64,000 bases of DNA from a virus. Below the pieces are notes generated by a model. The model did no database searches. It saw only the letters and a program-made list of their open reading frames with translations, and was not told the origin of the DNA. Positions within the stretch are counted from its first letter, which is position 1. Each line of letters starts with the position of its first letter. Both the position numbers and the translations under genes were made by a program. This document shows positions 1 to 10,107 of the stretch, piece after piece. Location of the stretch: the IMG/VR virus record IMGVR_UViG_3300043028_000007, positions 86,239-150,238 of that record; one strand, 5' to 3'.

Positions 1-1
1 C

Positions 2-280
2 TATCCGATTATAGGGCAGTCCTATAGAGAATCTACATCTGTTCATCCTTCTAGATTATCTTCCTTATCAGGCGACATGGATGGCGATACTGTATCCAAT
101 AATGGTATCATAGGAGAGGACAGTAATAGAGAAATAGACGAATACCTACACTCTTTAAGAGACTTAATAACACCTAATAATACTATCTATACTGGAGCTA
201 ATACAGATGTAATAGGATTAACTTTATACAATCTAAGTAGACTACCTAAAGGAGTAGTACTGAAGAAGTCGGGGGAATAA
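2..280 (+). CDS. rpoC: C-terminal part (5'-truncated by window) of virion RNA polymerase beta-prime catalytic subunit, phiKZ gp80-like
   Basis: Frame is open from nt 2: YPIIGQSYRESTSVHPSRLSSLSGDMDGDT. It carries the DxDGD metal-binding motif (74-88) preceded by HPSRL, as in phiKZ-type virion RNAP beta-prime subunits. The 67-aa ORF in the track is only the tail of this gene. Confidence 0.8.
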   Translation, partial: YPIIGQSYRESTSVHPSRLSSLSGDMDGDTVSNNGIIGEDSNREIDEYLHSLRDLITPNNTIYTGANTDVIGLTLYNLSRLPKGVVLKKSGE

Positions 281-281
281 A

Positions 282-455
282 ATGAAAATATTACCATTTA
301 GCGAAAGAAACTTACCTTGTGCAAGATGTGGTACTAATAAGTCGGTCAAATATATATCCAATGGAAAACATTATTGTAATGCATGTATACTGACTATATT
401 AGGCGAAATAAGAAAGTCAGAAAGAAAAAATAAAAATAATATATTTAGAGAGTAA
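282..455 (+). CDS. 57-aa putative zinc-binding protein (CxxC...CxxC), not in ORF track
   Basis: Hand translation: MKILPFSERNLPCARCGTNKSVKYISNGKHYCNACILTILGEIRKSERKNKNNIFRE. SD-like GGGGAA upstream; starts 1 nt after the preceding stop and ends at a terminator hairpin. Confidence 0.7.
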   Translation: MKILPFSERNLPCARCGTNKSVKYISNGKHYCNACILTILGEIRKSERKNKNNIFRE

Positions 456-486
456 TATAGAAGAGGGGAATTTCCCCTCTTCTATA
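456..486. terminator. Bidirectional intrinsic terminator hairpin
   Basis: tatagaagaggggaa-t-ttcccctcttctata between convergent genes. Confidence 0.8.
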
Positions 487-489
487 TAC

Positions 490-1152
490 TTATACCCTAT
501 TCCATATTTCTATCATCTTTTCTCTGTCCTCAATATCGGCATGGAACTTATTTATCATATCCCGACCATAGTAAGTTTTATAGATAGCTGGTATACGTGC
601 ATATCCTCCTTTGCCCATCTTGATCTTAATGTGGTCTAGAGCAGATTCCATATCGTCATTGACGCTACCTTTCTTGACTCTCGTTACCCATTCTTCTATA
701 TCTGGCTTATTTCTATCTGCAGCAGATATTATTGAAGAAACTATAGAAGAAAAATTACCTTGATACGATGCCCTATGTTCTAATATAGCATACCATACAT
801 TAATTGTACTTATCGAATATTTGTTAACGATTTCCATTATCTTAGGATTAGCATAGGCTTCCATACACCCCAATAAATGGTGATCCTGCCTTTCACTTGC
901 CATTATATCGTGTAACATTCCTGCTAAAAATATGTCGGGTTTTAGTATCTCAAATAAACTAGGATACATAGTTTCTACTATATGTAAAGCAGTTTCTGTT
1001 ACCTTTACGGCATGGTCTATTTGATGACCATCGTCATTCATTTCGTAATATGGTAAGACTGCTTCTACAGTCTCGTGGATTATTTCAAGAGGTATCTCCC
1101 TATATATAAGCTCTGCTTTTTCACCACGTATACACAAATTTTGTTCCGACAT
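490..1152 (-). CDS. HD-domain metal-dependent phosphohydrolase
   Basis: GHQIDH...LHD...EH...AD motif series typical of the HD superfamily. Confidence 0.85.
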   Translation of the reverse strand: MSEQNLCIRGEKAELIYREIPLEIIHETVEAVLPYYEMNDDGHQIDHAVKVTETALHIVETMYPSLFEILKPDIFLAGMLHDIMASERQDHHLLGCMEAYANPKIMEIVNKYSISTINVWYAILEHRASYQGNFSSIVSSIISAADRNKPDIEEWVTRVKKGSVNDDMESALDHIKIKMGKGGYARIPAIYKTYYGRDMINKFHADIEDREKMIEIWNRV

Positions 1153-1155
1153 GCC

Positions 1156-1428
1156 TTACTCCTTTTTATAAAGTTTTCTTAAATAAATTTTTGTAATATA
1201 AGACTCTTGTAAATCTTCTTTAGAACTCGTCTTTATCCAATAATCTTTACAAGATTTACCGTGTTGTTCAGTTGAAGTAAACCTTAGTCTTCTTATCATA
1301 GGTATGTTGTTTTTACAGATAGTTTTTAGATAACCTCTAGAAACTAAATCGGTTGGTTCAACTATCTCATCGTTTTCCATTAGACGACATACCCAACATA
1401 CACCATTTAACGAGACCTCTATTTCCAT
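1156..1428 (-). CDS. Hypothetical protein (90 aa)
   Basis: AAGGAG SD; directly downstream of an early promoter motif. Confidence 0.65.
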   Translation of the reverse strand: MEIEVSLNGVCWVCRLMENDEIVEPTDLVSRGYLKTICKNNIPMIRRLRFTSTEQHGKSCKDYWIKTSSKEDLQESYITKIYLRKLYKKE

Positions 1429-1471
1429 AACGACTCCTTTTATAATCGAGTTATTATAATTCTTATCAATA

Positions 1472-1490
1472 TAGTAATATATATTTGAAA
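1472..1490 (-). promoter_or_regulatory. phiKZ-type early promoter (TATATTAC)
   Basis: Minus strand TTTCAAATATATATTACTA; the same motif recurs upstream of several minus-strand genes. Confidence 0.7.
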
Positions 1491-1500
1491 TAAAATAGAA

Positions 1501-1532
1501 TATAAGAGTAGGGATTTCTCCCTACTCTTATA
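1501..1532 (-). terminator. Terminator hairpin after the 2285-aa Kelch gene
   Basis: tataagagtaggga-tttc-tccctactcttata. Confidence 0.75.
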
Positions 1533-1542
1533 TGTACCGTAC

Positions 1543-4500
1543 TTATTCTGCTAATAGCCTAACACCATGTACAGTCATTCCATCTTCCGAATTTATTCTG
1601 TACTTTAAAGTAGTATTTTCAACAACTTGCTTATTGGTAGGTATCACTGAACGATTATTTATATCAGTGATTGTGTTTCTAGTTCCTTCAAGTATAAGTA
1701 TACCATCTGGCATGTTTTCAGTTACTTGTTGTACTGGGTTTTTCTCATGCTCATCTAGATAATTGAATGCTCTCTCAGCCGCTTGATGGATATCATCGGC
1801 TGGCATCCATATATGGTTTTTAGTAAGATAGTTCCATATTCCATCTATCTTTTTGACTATCTCTTTCCAAACACCTGTATTATTTACATAAGTAGAATAG
1901 GTATCTATATCAGTAGATATGAAAAGATAAGTGTCGTCTAGGTAGTTACCTTTAACATTCATTATATTCCACCCATCGGTATTATTGAGTACTATAGAAC
2001 TAGTCTCTTTTTTCATAAAATCGAACTTAAAGAAACATGGTTCAGATGAATTCATATATTTTACACCACCGATTACAAATGGCTCATTATCTATATTCAA
2101 AAGACAGTGACCATATCTAGGTTCAGTAATCGTTTTATATTTGTTCCATGTTCTTGTAACTAGGTTAAAGATATAGATTTTGTTACTTGGTTTCTCATTT
2201 TCATCTATACCACCGTAAACTACTAGATAATTGTCGATAATACAAGAACCATGTTTATGTAATCTAAAAGGAGTTTCAAGAACTTCTTTATTCTGGAAGA
2301 TAGGTAGATCTTTAAATATCACCATCTTGTTAGAGATACCAGATTGATTCTTGCCACCTATGTAATATAATTCGTTATTGTAGATATGGGAAGTACCATA
2401 TAGAGTATCTGTATCTGTTACAGGATAATCGTTTGTATTACCAGTATCTAAGTTATAAGTATATATGTTGGTATGGTTAACAGTCCCATTATTTCCACCT
2501 ATACTTATAAGTAGATTATTAAATTTAGATATGCTATGGCCATAGTTTTCAGCAGGTCCAGTAGCGGTTGACCAAGTATCGGAAGCTATATCGTATATTG
2601 ATATAACCATGCTCGGATTATTATTAGTATCTATACCACCGTAAATGTATACTTTATTGTCATGTATTAATGACTTAGCATTTCTTAAAGATACAGGGCT
2701 CGGTGACAAACTTACCAAATATTCTGTATCTGCATTGTATCTATATAAATTGTTAGTTTCATATATGTAAATATCATTATTAATATTACATGAAGTATGG
2801 TCTTTAATATCGAAGTATTTCTTTTTATTTGTATGCGAAATATATGGTAAAGATTCATTAACTACATAAGGATCGAATATTAAAGGCATTGCATCGTATT
2901 TTATGTATATATTGGGTATAATTACTATCTGGTTATTATAAAGTTGGGCTTGTACATTTCCTCCGCTATAAATAAAATCGTTTAACCGTATCCAACTATC
3001 GTTAGTTTTATCGTATTTCAGAGACACTGGGCCTATATATTCCAGAGTCTGAGGAGACCCGCCAATAACGTATATCTCATCGTTATGTACTACTGAAGCG
3101 AAGCTATGATATGCTATTGGTCTGGGCTGTTTAATAGTCCAGCTATCTGTAGGGATATCGTATTCCCAAAAATCAGCCATATTGGTCTGATTAGGTACGT
3201 CCCAAGATGCTATACAGTATATCTTGTTTCCTATACATTCCATTTTATGCCATGATGTATGTCCAGGCATATCAGCCAGCCTAGTCCATACTTTAGCCAC
3301 GACATCAAATCTCCACAGATCAGAGTAGTTGACGGCTTCATATCCTCCAGATAGATAGATATACGATTCGTCTTTGGTTAGGGCATAATGCATCCGATCC
3401 GTATTAGACAATTCTATTAATTCGTTACTATTTGGATCGAGTACATAAAATCCTAACCCAGCTATATATCCATAGAATTTGCCTTGAAATTCTATCCATT
3501 CTCGATATGCAGTTCTTAGCCCAGGAATTTCCACATAGGACCATTCTTTAGTAATAAGATCCAGTACCCACATTCCTTCCACGTATGGTCTTTCTCCTGT
3601 AGATAATTCAATATATCCACCGATAAGATATAGTTTATTATCGTAGATTATTCTTCCTCCACGGATCACCATATTTGGTCTAAGAGAAACTTCTTCTAAA
3701 CCATTTGTAGGAGTAAATTTCATTAAATTGGCGTGCCCTACATTACTATCGACAGCATAAAAACATCCGCCGTACATGTAAGCAACGTTATCTTTAATAG
3801 CTACAGCAGACTGGAATACTTTATCTGCCATATATCCTGTATAAGTAGGCTGTGCTGACCAAGTATTATTAGCTACGTTATACTTATATGGAATCAAGTT
3901 ACCATCATTATCAACTGATTCTGTTCCTATATGACCATTTAGTAACCAGATATCATTATTTAAAACTACCAAATCGCCCCACCAGTTATCAGCTAACATA
4001 TCTGCTAGTCTAGTCCAGGTATCTGTATTTGGATCATAACTAAGTAGCTTCTTATATCCGCCTATATATCCTCCAGCTACATATATTTTATTATCGTATG
4101 TAGTCGAACACATCATGTATCCAGGACCTTCTGGACAATCGTTTTTCTGTACCCATGATTTTGTAGCTATATCGTATTCCCACACTTCAGCGGTATAAGT
4201 AGTTCCAAGGTTCCTACCAAAGAGTATATAAAGCTTGCCATTCAGTATATTTTGAACCATACCGTATTTGGATATAGAAGGAGTATTTTCAACTTCCCAT
4301 GTATCAGTAGCTATATCGTATATCTGTAACTTATTGTGACTATCTGTTCCTTGAGCTGTATAACGATTGCCTCCAAAAGTATATATCTTACCATCATAAT
4401 AATTCATTTTAGTAGAATAACAAGGTATAGGTAAGTCTTCTAAATAGGTTATCTTAAATGTAGTTAAATCCATTTTGAAGAATCGGCTTATAAGAACCGG

Positions 4501-7500
4501 ATCATCCATAGGATTGCTTCCTGTACCTATATAAATATCATTTCCGACTATAATCGCATTCGGGTCTACTATAGCCGTACGTTCTATATCGGTCAAATAT
4601 ATGGCTTTATCGTTAGTATTGATGGCAGCAGTCGATTGTACGAAATTATCTATAGTTGTAATTTCTCTAAAGAAATCTTCGTTAGTTATATCTGATTCGG
4701 GTATGTCTGATAAATCATACAGATGAATACCGTTGTCTTTATCTAATATATATAGATCTGTATTATCCTGTGTAATTTGTTTAATATCGATAGGGACCAT
4801 ATTAAACTTATTCCAACTATCAAAAGTAGTGTCATATTTATCTATAGTACCACATTTAAGATTAATAGCGAGTATGTTATTTTTAATAACAAAATCTTTA
4901 CTAGGCTCAGTATTCGGCCTATCTGCCAAGCTTATCCAGGTATTGTCTACAAGATCGTATCTATAAATATCTGATAGTAGTCCGGAATTAGTCTTGCCTC
5001 CACTAACTATTAGATTATTCTTAAGAACATTAAGACTGCCCTTGTATCTTGATACGATAGAGTCAGATAACTGAACCCATGTATTAGTAGATATCGTATA
5101 CTTCCAAGTGTCTTTGGCTGGACCACTGTTGGTATACCCCGCATGTAAATAAATAACATCATCATTTATAGCCATACAAGTACCATATCTGGCAGAAGGT
5201 CCTATGGCTAGTTCAGTCCATGTATCTGTAATCGGATTATATTTTCTAAACAGATTAAGAGCATTGCCTTCTTTATCTATACCACCGAATACAAATAGTT
5301 CGGTACCATTAGATATCGAAGAGTGTTTGATAATAGGACCTATGTCAGTGCCCTTAGTCCACGCTTTAGTAGGTATATGGTATTTATGTAGATAACCAAT
5401 TTTTCTGGAGTCATTGTAACGACCACCACAACATACTAAACTATCTCCTACTTTAGATATAGTACAGTCTTTAGGTAAATCCCTTTTAGTAAGTTGGACC
5501 ATTTTACCATAATTGATTTCTCTTTCTTTAACAAATACCTTGTCATAAACGAGAGGGTATGTATTGAATTCATTGTCTTTGCTTCTACCGCCGAATACAA
5601 TGATCTTATTATCTTTGACAGATAGAGTCAAAGCTGCCCTACCTTTGTCTAGTTTTTTGACAACGATTATCTTTCCTGTAGCAGGATCATATTCATATAT
5701 ATCGTCCATATAATCAGAAGAAGTTACACCGTAGCCGCCACCAAAATATATTTTATCATTCAATGTAACTGCATCCATATTCATTAAATCATAAATACCA
5801 GATACTTCTGACCAAGTATTTGTATCTGTATTATAGATACGGATAGTATTATGGGTTTCACTAGTACTAGTTGTGGATACTTTAGTTGTTCCGCCGATAA
5901 TATACATTTTATTTCCGATAACTGCGGCAGCATGTAAATTAGACGGGCTTAAACCATTGGCTAACTGAGTCCATGCTTTAGTATTGGTATTGAATACCCA
6001 GGTATCGTTGAAAACTGTATCGCCATTTGTACCACCGTACATATATATTTTACCACCTATAGCTACTGTGGTATGTCTATACCTAGCTGGTGGTGAAACC
6101 ACTGGAGTTATATCTGACCAAGTATTAGTTTTTCTATCATATGACCAAACGTTTTTATATACTAGACTGTTAACAGAATACATGCCATGAAATACGTATA
6201 GTATCTGATTCACTACAGCTGAAGAAGCATATGTTCTCTCATAAGGCATGTTGGCTAATGCACCCAAATATTGTTCATTTTCTATATCGTATTCATGGAA
6301 TCCTAGTTGGTTATTTTGTCCACCACATACTACTAAATTACCATAAAGAATTTCAGCTACATGAGCATATCTGTCTTGTGTTGGATTAGTAGGACAGCTA
6401 GTCGGCAAAACTACCAATTCTTCTGTACCTATATATTCGATATTAGATTCTTCACATTCATTATTGAAATTGTATCTCCAAACTTCTGGACTATGTCTAT
6501 TCTCATTATTTCCAGATAATGAATATATGGAATTTCCAAATTGACACATAGAAAAACTATTTCTAGTTTTACTTTCTCCTACGTTGATCCATTTTTTAAT
6601 TGACGGATCATATTTATATATGTTATTGTTTGTAATATTGAATACATAAAAAATACCAAATATATTAAAGAGCCAATTTTGTTCATGTCCTTCTGGTAGA
6701 TTATCGATAAGTAGCCAATTTTCAGTTACCGGATTATATTTATAAAACTCTGTATAATAACCAGAAGATCCGCCAGTGCCACCTAATATATAGAGTTCAT
6801 TTTCATATACACAACTACCAGCTCGTATATTCCCTTCTGGAAAAGGACCGTCGTCTAACTGAGTCCAAGTATAGTCTACCAATGAACATTTCCAAAAGTC
6901 ATTAGTAACTCCACTTATACCAGTAGTATATCCGCCATAGATATATAAGTCGTCGCCTATTATTCCTCCGGCAAGCAGATATTTGTATTTAGGAGCAACT
7001 TTATCTTCCCATGTATCGGTTATTGTATCGTAAATAGTAAACGTATTATATGACATGGCTATTATCTTAGACTTATAAGAAAATAATGTAGCACCAGCGC
7101 GTATTAGTTTAGAACTTAATTCGTTTATTTCTTTGGTAACAGGATTATAACTATAGAAAGAATCGTGATAAGTATTGTCCTCTTCCTGACCACCTGTAAA
7201 ATAAATGAGACCATCGTTTTCCACAGAGTTTAGATAATTTCTTCTAAACAAAATATCCGTCAAAGTAGCTGAGAAATTATGAGACTCTATTTTATCGTTG
7301 GTATAAAACTTCCTTATACTAGATACGGTATAGTTGCCTATAGGAGCAGATGTAATAGAGACATCGTCTATATTAGTCCCATCATTCTTTATGTCCAGTA
7401 TAGTACATAACTCTACGCCATTATTCAGATAAACCACAGACCCTATTATATCTCTCATAACCGGTTGATCAAAATTAGCTTTACCAGTATTGAGAATAGA

Positions 7501-8400
7501 TATATTTGTAATGTTTCCTTTTAAATCTTCATAACCAAGGTCATCTCTTAATTGTTTATTGTCTACAATAAGTTTCTTATCGAATTCCACATTACCTACA
7601 TATGCAGTAACGTCATCTTCAGGAAGAAAACTAATTTCAGTCAGTTCAGTAGTATACCAATTTATTCCATCTTTACTAACCTCAAGTACATCATTTAGAT
7701 TGATATATTTGGCTTTAGATCCTCTTAAAAAGATATTTACTTTTGGCACATCCCCTGACTTCTCTAATAATGAGGTAGATGTAAGTATAGTTTTCCCATC
7801 ATTAGGATGTATTTCTCCCGGTATAGATACATCTATATTAGATTCAGTAGTATCGATGTACTTTAAATTATTATATTCGTCCATAAAGCTATCTGATAAA
7901 GCTACACCACTTCTCACATTCTTTTCAGCGTCTTTAAGTGTAAGATATGAGATTATATCCTGATCTGCTTTACTAAGACCTTTAATCTCATTGACCTTCT
8001 CATTTACTTCTAACGAAGTATAATAATCGTCATCGTGAGTATGATTTATATCCGCTTTCTCCAAAAGAGATGTTTCGAAGTCAGTTAAACTAACCGCATT
8101 ATTAGCACTGAATGTAGCCAAAGCAAATTTGCCATTTTGTATAATAACGACTTTACCATCATCTTCTCCAGAGATAGGTTCAGGTATATTAGTAAATACT
8201 TTTTGAGCTCCTTTAAGGTTATTACTATTAAGCAATGTAAGACAGTCAACATATGGAGCCTCGCCATTACCTAATTTTATATTTCCTGTATCTAGAGCAT
8301 GGACTAACATACCATTAGGTATATTGGCACTGTTATTTGTCCAATGTGTTTCTGTTCCTCCTTGAACCTGTACGATGCCATTTGTTTTTTTATAAGACAT
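1543..8400 (-). CDS. Giant Kelch-repeat (multi beta-propeller) putative tail fibre/virion appendage protein, 2285 aa
   Basis: N-terminal fibre attachment module (W..IPNG..DTGNIKLGNG..Y, Mtd/hyaluronidase N-terminal-like) and an HxH motif, then dozens of Kelch repeats (hydrophobic-GG...Y/F-D/N-x-xxxx-W) over about residues 385-2130. Confidence 0.8.
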   Translation of the reverse strand: MSYKKTNGIVQVQGGTETHWTNNSANIPNGMLVHALDTGNIKLGNGEAPYVDCLTLLNSNNLKGAQKVFTNIPEPISGEDDGKVVIIQNGKFALATFSANNAVSLTDFETSLLEKADINHTHDDDYYTSLEVNEKVNEIKGLSKADQDIISYLTLKDAEKNVRSGVALSDSFMDEYNNLKYIDTTESNIDVSIPGEIHPNDGKTILTSTSLLEKSGDVPKVNIFLRGSKAKYINLNDVLEVSKDGINWYTTELTEISFLPEDDVTAYVGNVEFDKKLIVDNKQLRDDLGYEDLKGNITNISILNTGKANFDQPVMRDIIGSVVYLNNGVELCTILDIKNDGTNIDDVSITSAPIGNYTVSSIRKFYTNDKIESHNFSATLTDILFRRNYLNSVENDGLIYFTGGQEEDNTYHDSFYSYNPVTKEINELSSKLIRAGATLFSYKSKIIAMSYNTFTIYDTITDTWEDKVAPKYKYLLAGGIIGDDLYIYGGYTTGISGVTNDFWKCSLVDYTWTQLDDGPFPEGNIRAGSCVYENELYILGGTGGSSGYYTEFYKYNPVTENWLLIDNLPEGHEQNWLFNIFGIFYVFNITNNNIYKYDPSIKKWINVGESKTRNSFSMCQFGNSIYSLSGNNENRHSPEVWRYNFNNECEESNIEYIGTEELVVLPTSCPTNPTQDRYAHVAEILYGNLVVCGGQNNQLGFHEYDIENEQYLGALANMPYERTYASSAVVNQILYVFHGMYSVNSLVYKNVWSYDRKTNTWSDITPVVSPPARYRHTTVAIGGKIYMYGGTNGDTVFNDTWVFNTNTKAWTQLANGLSPSNLHAAAVIGNKMYIIGGTTKVSTTSTSETHNTIRIYNTDTNTWSEVSGIYDLMNMDAVTLNDKIYFGGGYGVTSSDYMDDIYEYDPATGKIIVVKKLDKGRAALTLSVKDNKIIVFGGRSKDNEFNTYPLVYDKVFVKEREINYGKMVQLTKRDLPKDCTISKVGDSLVCCGGRYNDSRKIGYLHKYHIPTKAWTKGTDIGPIIKHSSISNGTELFVFGGIDKEGNALNLFRKYNPITDTWTELAIGPSARYGTCMAINDDVIYLHAGYTNSGPAKDTWKYTISTNTWVQLSDSIVSRYKGSLNVLKNNLIVSGGKTNSGLLSDIYRYDLVDNTWISLADRPNTEPSKDFVIKNNILAINLKCGTIDKYDTTFDSWNKFNMVPIDIKQITQDNTDLYILDKDNGIHLYDLSDIPESDITNEDFFREITTIDNFVQSTAAINTNDKAIYLTDIERTAIVDPNAIIVGNDIYIGTGSNPMDDPVLISRFFKMDLTTFKITYLEDLPIPCYSTKMNYYDGKIYTFGGNRYTAQGTDSHNKLQIYDIATDTWEVENTPSISKYGMVQNILNGKLYILFGRNLGTTYTAEVWEYDIATKSWVQKNDCPEGPGYMMCSTTYDNKIYVAGGYIGGYKKLLSYDPNTDTWTRLADMLADNWWGDLVVLNNDIWLLNGHIGTESVDNDGNLIPYKYNVANNTWSAQPTYTGYMADKVFQSAVAIKDNVAYMYGGCFYAVDSNVGHANLMKFTPTNGLEEVSLRPNMVIRGGRIIYDNKLYLIGGYIELSTGERPYVEGMWVLDLITKEWSYVEIPGLRTAYREWIEFQGKFYGYIAGLGFYVLDPNSNELIELSNTDRMHYALTKDESYIYLSGGYEAVNYSDLWRFDVVAKVWTRLADMPGHTSWHKMECIGNKIYCIASWDVPNQTNMADFWEYDIPTDSWTIKQPRPIAYHSFASVVHNDEIYVIGGSPQTLEYIGPVSLKYDKTNDSWIRLNDFIYSGGNVQAQLYNNQIVIIPNIYIKYDAMPLIFDPYVVNESLPYISHTNKKKYFDIKDHTSCNINNDIYIYETNNLYRYNADTEYLVSLSPSPVSLRNAKSLIHDNKVYIYGGIDTNNNPSMVISIYDIASDTWSTATGPAENYGHSISKFNNLLISIGGNNGTVNHTNIYTYNLDTGNTNDYPVTDTDTLYGTSHIYNNELYYIGGKNQSGISNKMVIFKDLPIFQNKEVLETPFRLHKHGSCIIDNYLVVYGGIDENEKPSNKIYIFNLVTRTWNKYKTITEPRYGHCLLNIDNEPFVIGGVKYMNSSEPCFFKFDFMKKETSSIVLNNTDGWNIMNVKGNYLDDTYLFISTDIDTYSTYVNNTGVWKEIVKKIDGIWNYLTKNHIWMPADDIHQAAERAFNYLDEHEKNPVQQVTENMPDGILILEGTRNTITDINNRSVIPTNKQVVENTTLKYRINSEDGMTVHGVRLLAE

Positions 8401-8434
8401 TCTTTTTTCTCCTCTGTTTAAAGCAATATTGTAA

Positions 8435-8470
8435 TATATAGGTAGAGACCGTATAGTCTCTACCTATATA
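8435..8470 (-). terminator. Hairpin (terminator-like) between fibre paralogues
   Basis: tatataggtagagac-cgtata-gtctctacctatata. Confidence 0.65.
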
Positions 8471-8477
8471 TGGGAAA

Positions 8478-10094
8478 CTATCTATTAACTACTCTTACAG
8501 ATGTTAGACTTATTTCTGCATCGGAGTTGTTAATTAACTTGTATCTAAACTCAGTTCCATTAGGTAGTGTAACCACCTCATTTTTCGAGATGTTTATAAT
8601 ATCACCGTATTCGATTATATCCGAACTAGTACTAGGAATAAATACTCCTATACCTGTAATATAACTACCTAGTTCTCTTAAACTGACGCCTTCTAATGTA
8701 TCGAAGGTCATTTGATTATTAGTACTACTACAAGCTAAGGCTAGAGCTCTGTTAGGATCATTGATATCTGAAAGAGCCCAGTCTCCGTTAATGGTCTTGT
8801 AGTACCAACTATCGTCATCTAATTTTACTATATTCTTCCAAACCCCATCTTTATATATAAAGTACTTATCGTCTTTCTTAAAAGCACCTATATGTGGAAT
8901 GTGGTAATGGAATAGTATCGGATCAGTTACTATAGAAATATCTATAGTAAATGCACATGACTGTGCATATGTATTTAACTTACTAACTGTTAAAGTATTT
9001 TCATCTAAAGCTAAAGGTATTATTTTCTCTATCTGATAAGCACCAAGTGGTATAGTCCCAGTAAAAGTAATTTCATCGTCCAATATACCAACGTTATTTA
9101 CATTGGTAATAGTCAAAGTTATTCCATTGGTAAGTACGATCTTACATCCCAAGCAATTAGAAATGCCAGAATCTACTTTACCAGATGTATTGGCTGTAGT
9201 TACTGTAAATATAGAACTATTTGCCTTATGGTCTTCTAAGGATACGCCAGTTATATTAGGAGTAGCTCCTATAAGCTCTGTATCATATTTACTAAACCCG
9301 GAATAGATACCATTATGATAAACAAGATCAACGAAACTATAGTTTGCTCCATTGTCTCTGGATACATACAATTCAATATCTGAGTTATATTTAGCTTGAT
9401 TACCTTTAAGGTAAATTTTAGATATATTTATATTAGTACTAGCATTGAGTATGTCTGATACGAGTACATTATTACCCGTAGTATTAGGTATTTTGATACA
9501 GGCATTGTCTGTATCTACTACATCCCCATATACGCCGGGACTAAGTTCACTATCTATATATCCACCTTCGTTAAAATTATCGATCAGATTACCTTCATTT
9601 ATTATGGATGGCTGATCGGGAGATTCTAAACGATTTAGAAATACATGAGAGATATAATCCTGACCTTTTAAATTTTCTAAATTAGGACGACTGATTGTCT
9701 CTAATTCAGACTTGGTCATATAGGCCCCATGTTCATGTTCTACTGGCGAATAATTAGGCACTAAGGCATCTACCTTGGCTTGGTCAACCAAGTCAGTCGG
9801 ATACAGATATTCATTAATAACTAATTTACCATTCTGTGCCATCAGCATACGATTAGCTGAACTGGTATTGATTGTTGGTAAAAGACTATGTCTATTTATT
9901 ATATCTTGAAGATTATCAAAATCTATTAACTTGTCAAGGTTTTGGTATTGGTTAATACCATCCCCTTTTCTTATTTCATTGAGGTCTTTAGTAAAAACCA
10001 ACATCTTATCTGGTAAAGGAAGTCTAAAGCTATTGACATCATTACCAGTAGATGAAATATATTCGATTACGGAACTTACTTTGAAATCACTCAT
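8478..10094 (-). CDS. Putative fibre/appendage protein, Kelch-less paralogue of its neighbours (538 aa)
   Basis: Shares the LPD..LV..D...RKGDG N-terminus, HEH, VSRDNGANY, IVLTNG and GVWKNIVK segments with the flanking Kelch proteins. Confidence 0.7.
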   Translation of the reverse strand: MSDFKVSSVIEYISSTGNDVNSFRLPLPDKMLVFTKDLNEIRKGDGINQYQNLDKLIDFDNLQDIINRHSLLPTINTSSANRMLMAQNGKLVINEYLYPTDLVDQAKVDALVPNYSPVEHEHGAYMTKSELETISRPNLENLKGQDYISHVFLNRLESPDQPSIINEGNLIDNFNEGGYIDSELSPGVYGDVVDTDNACIKIPNTTGNNVLVSDILNASTNINISKIYLKGNQAKYNSDIELYVSRDNGANYSFVDLVYHNGIYSGFSKYDTELIGATPNITGVSLEDHKANSSIFTVTTANTSGKVDSGISNCLGCKIVLTNGITLTITNVNNVGILDDEITFTGTIPLGAYQIEKIIPLALDENTLTVSKLNTYAQSCAFTIDISIVTDPILFHYHIPHIGAFKKDDKYFIYKDGVWKNIVKLDDDSWYYKTINGDWALSDINDPNRALALACSSTNNQMTFDTLEGVSLRELGSYITGIGVFIPSTSSDIIEYGDIINISKNEVVTLPNGTEFRYKLINNSDAEISLTSVRVVNR

Positions 10095-10107
10095 GATCTA
10101 TTATCTC

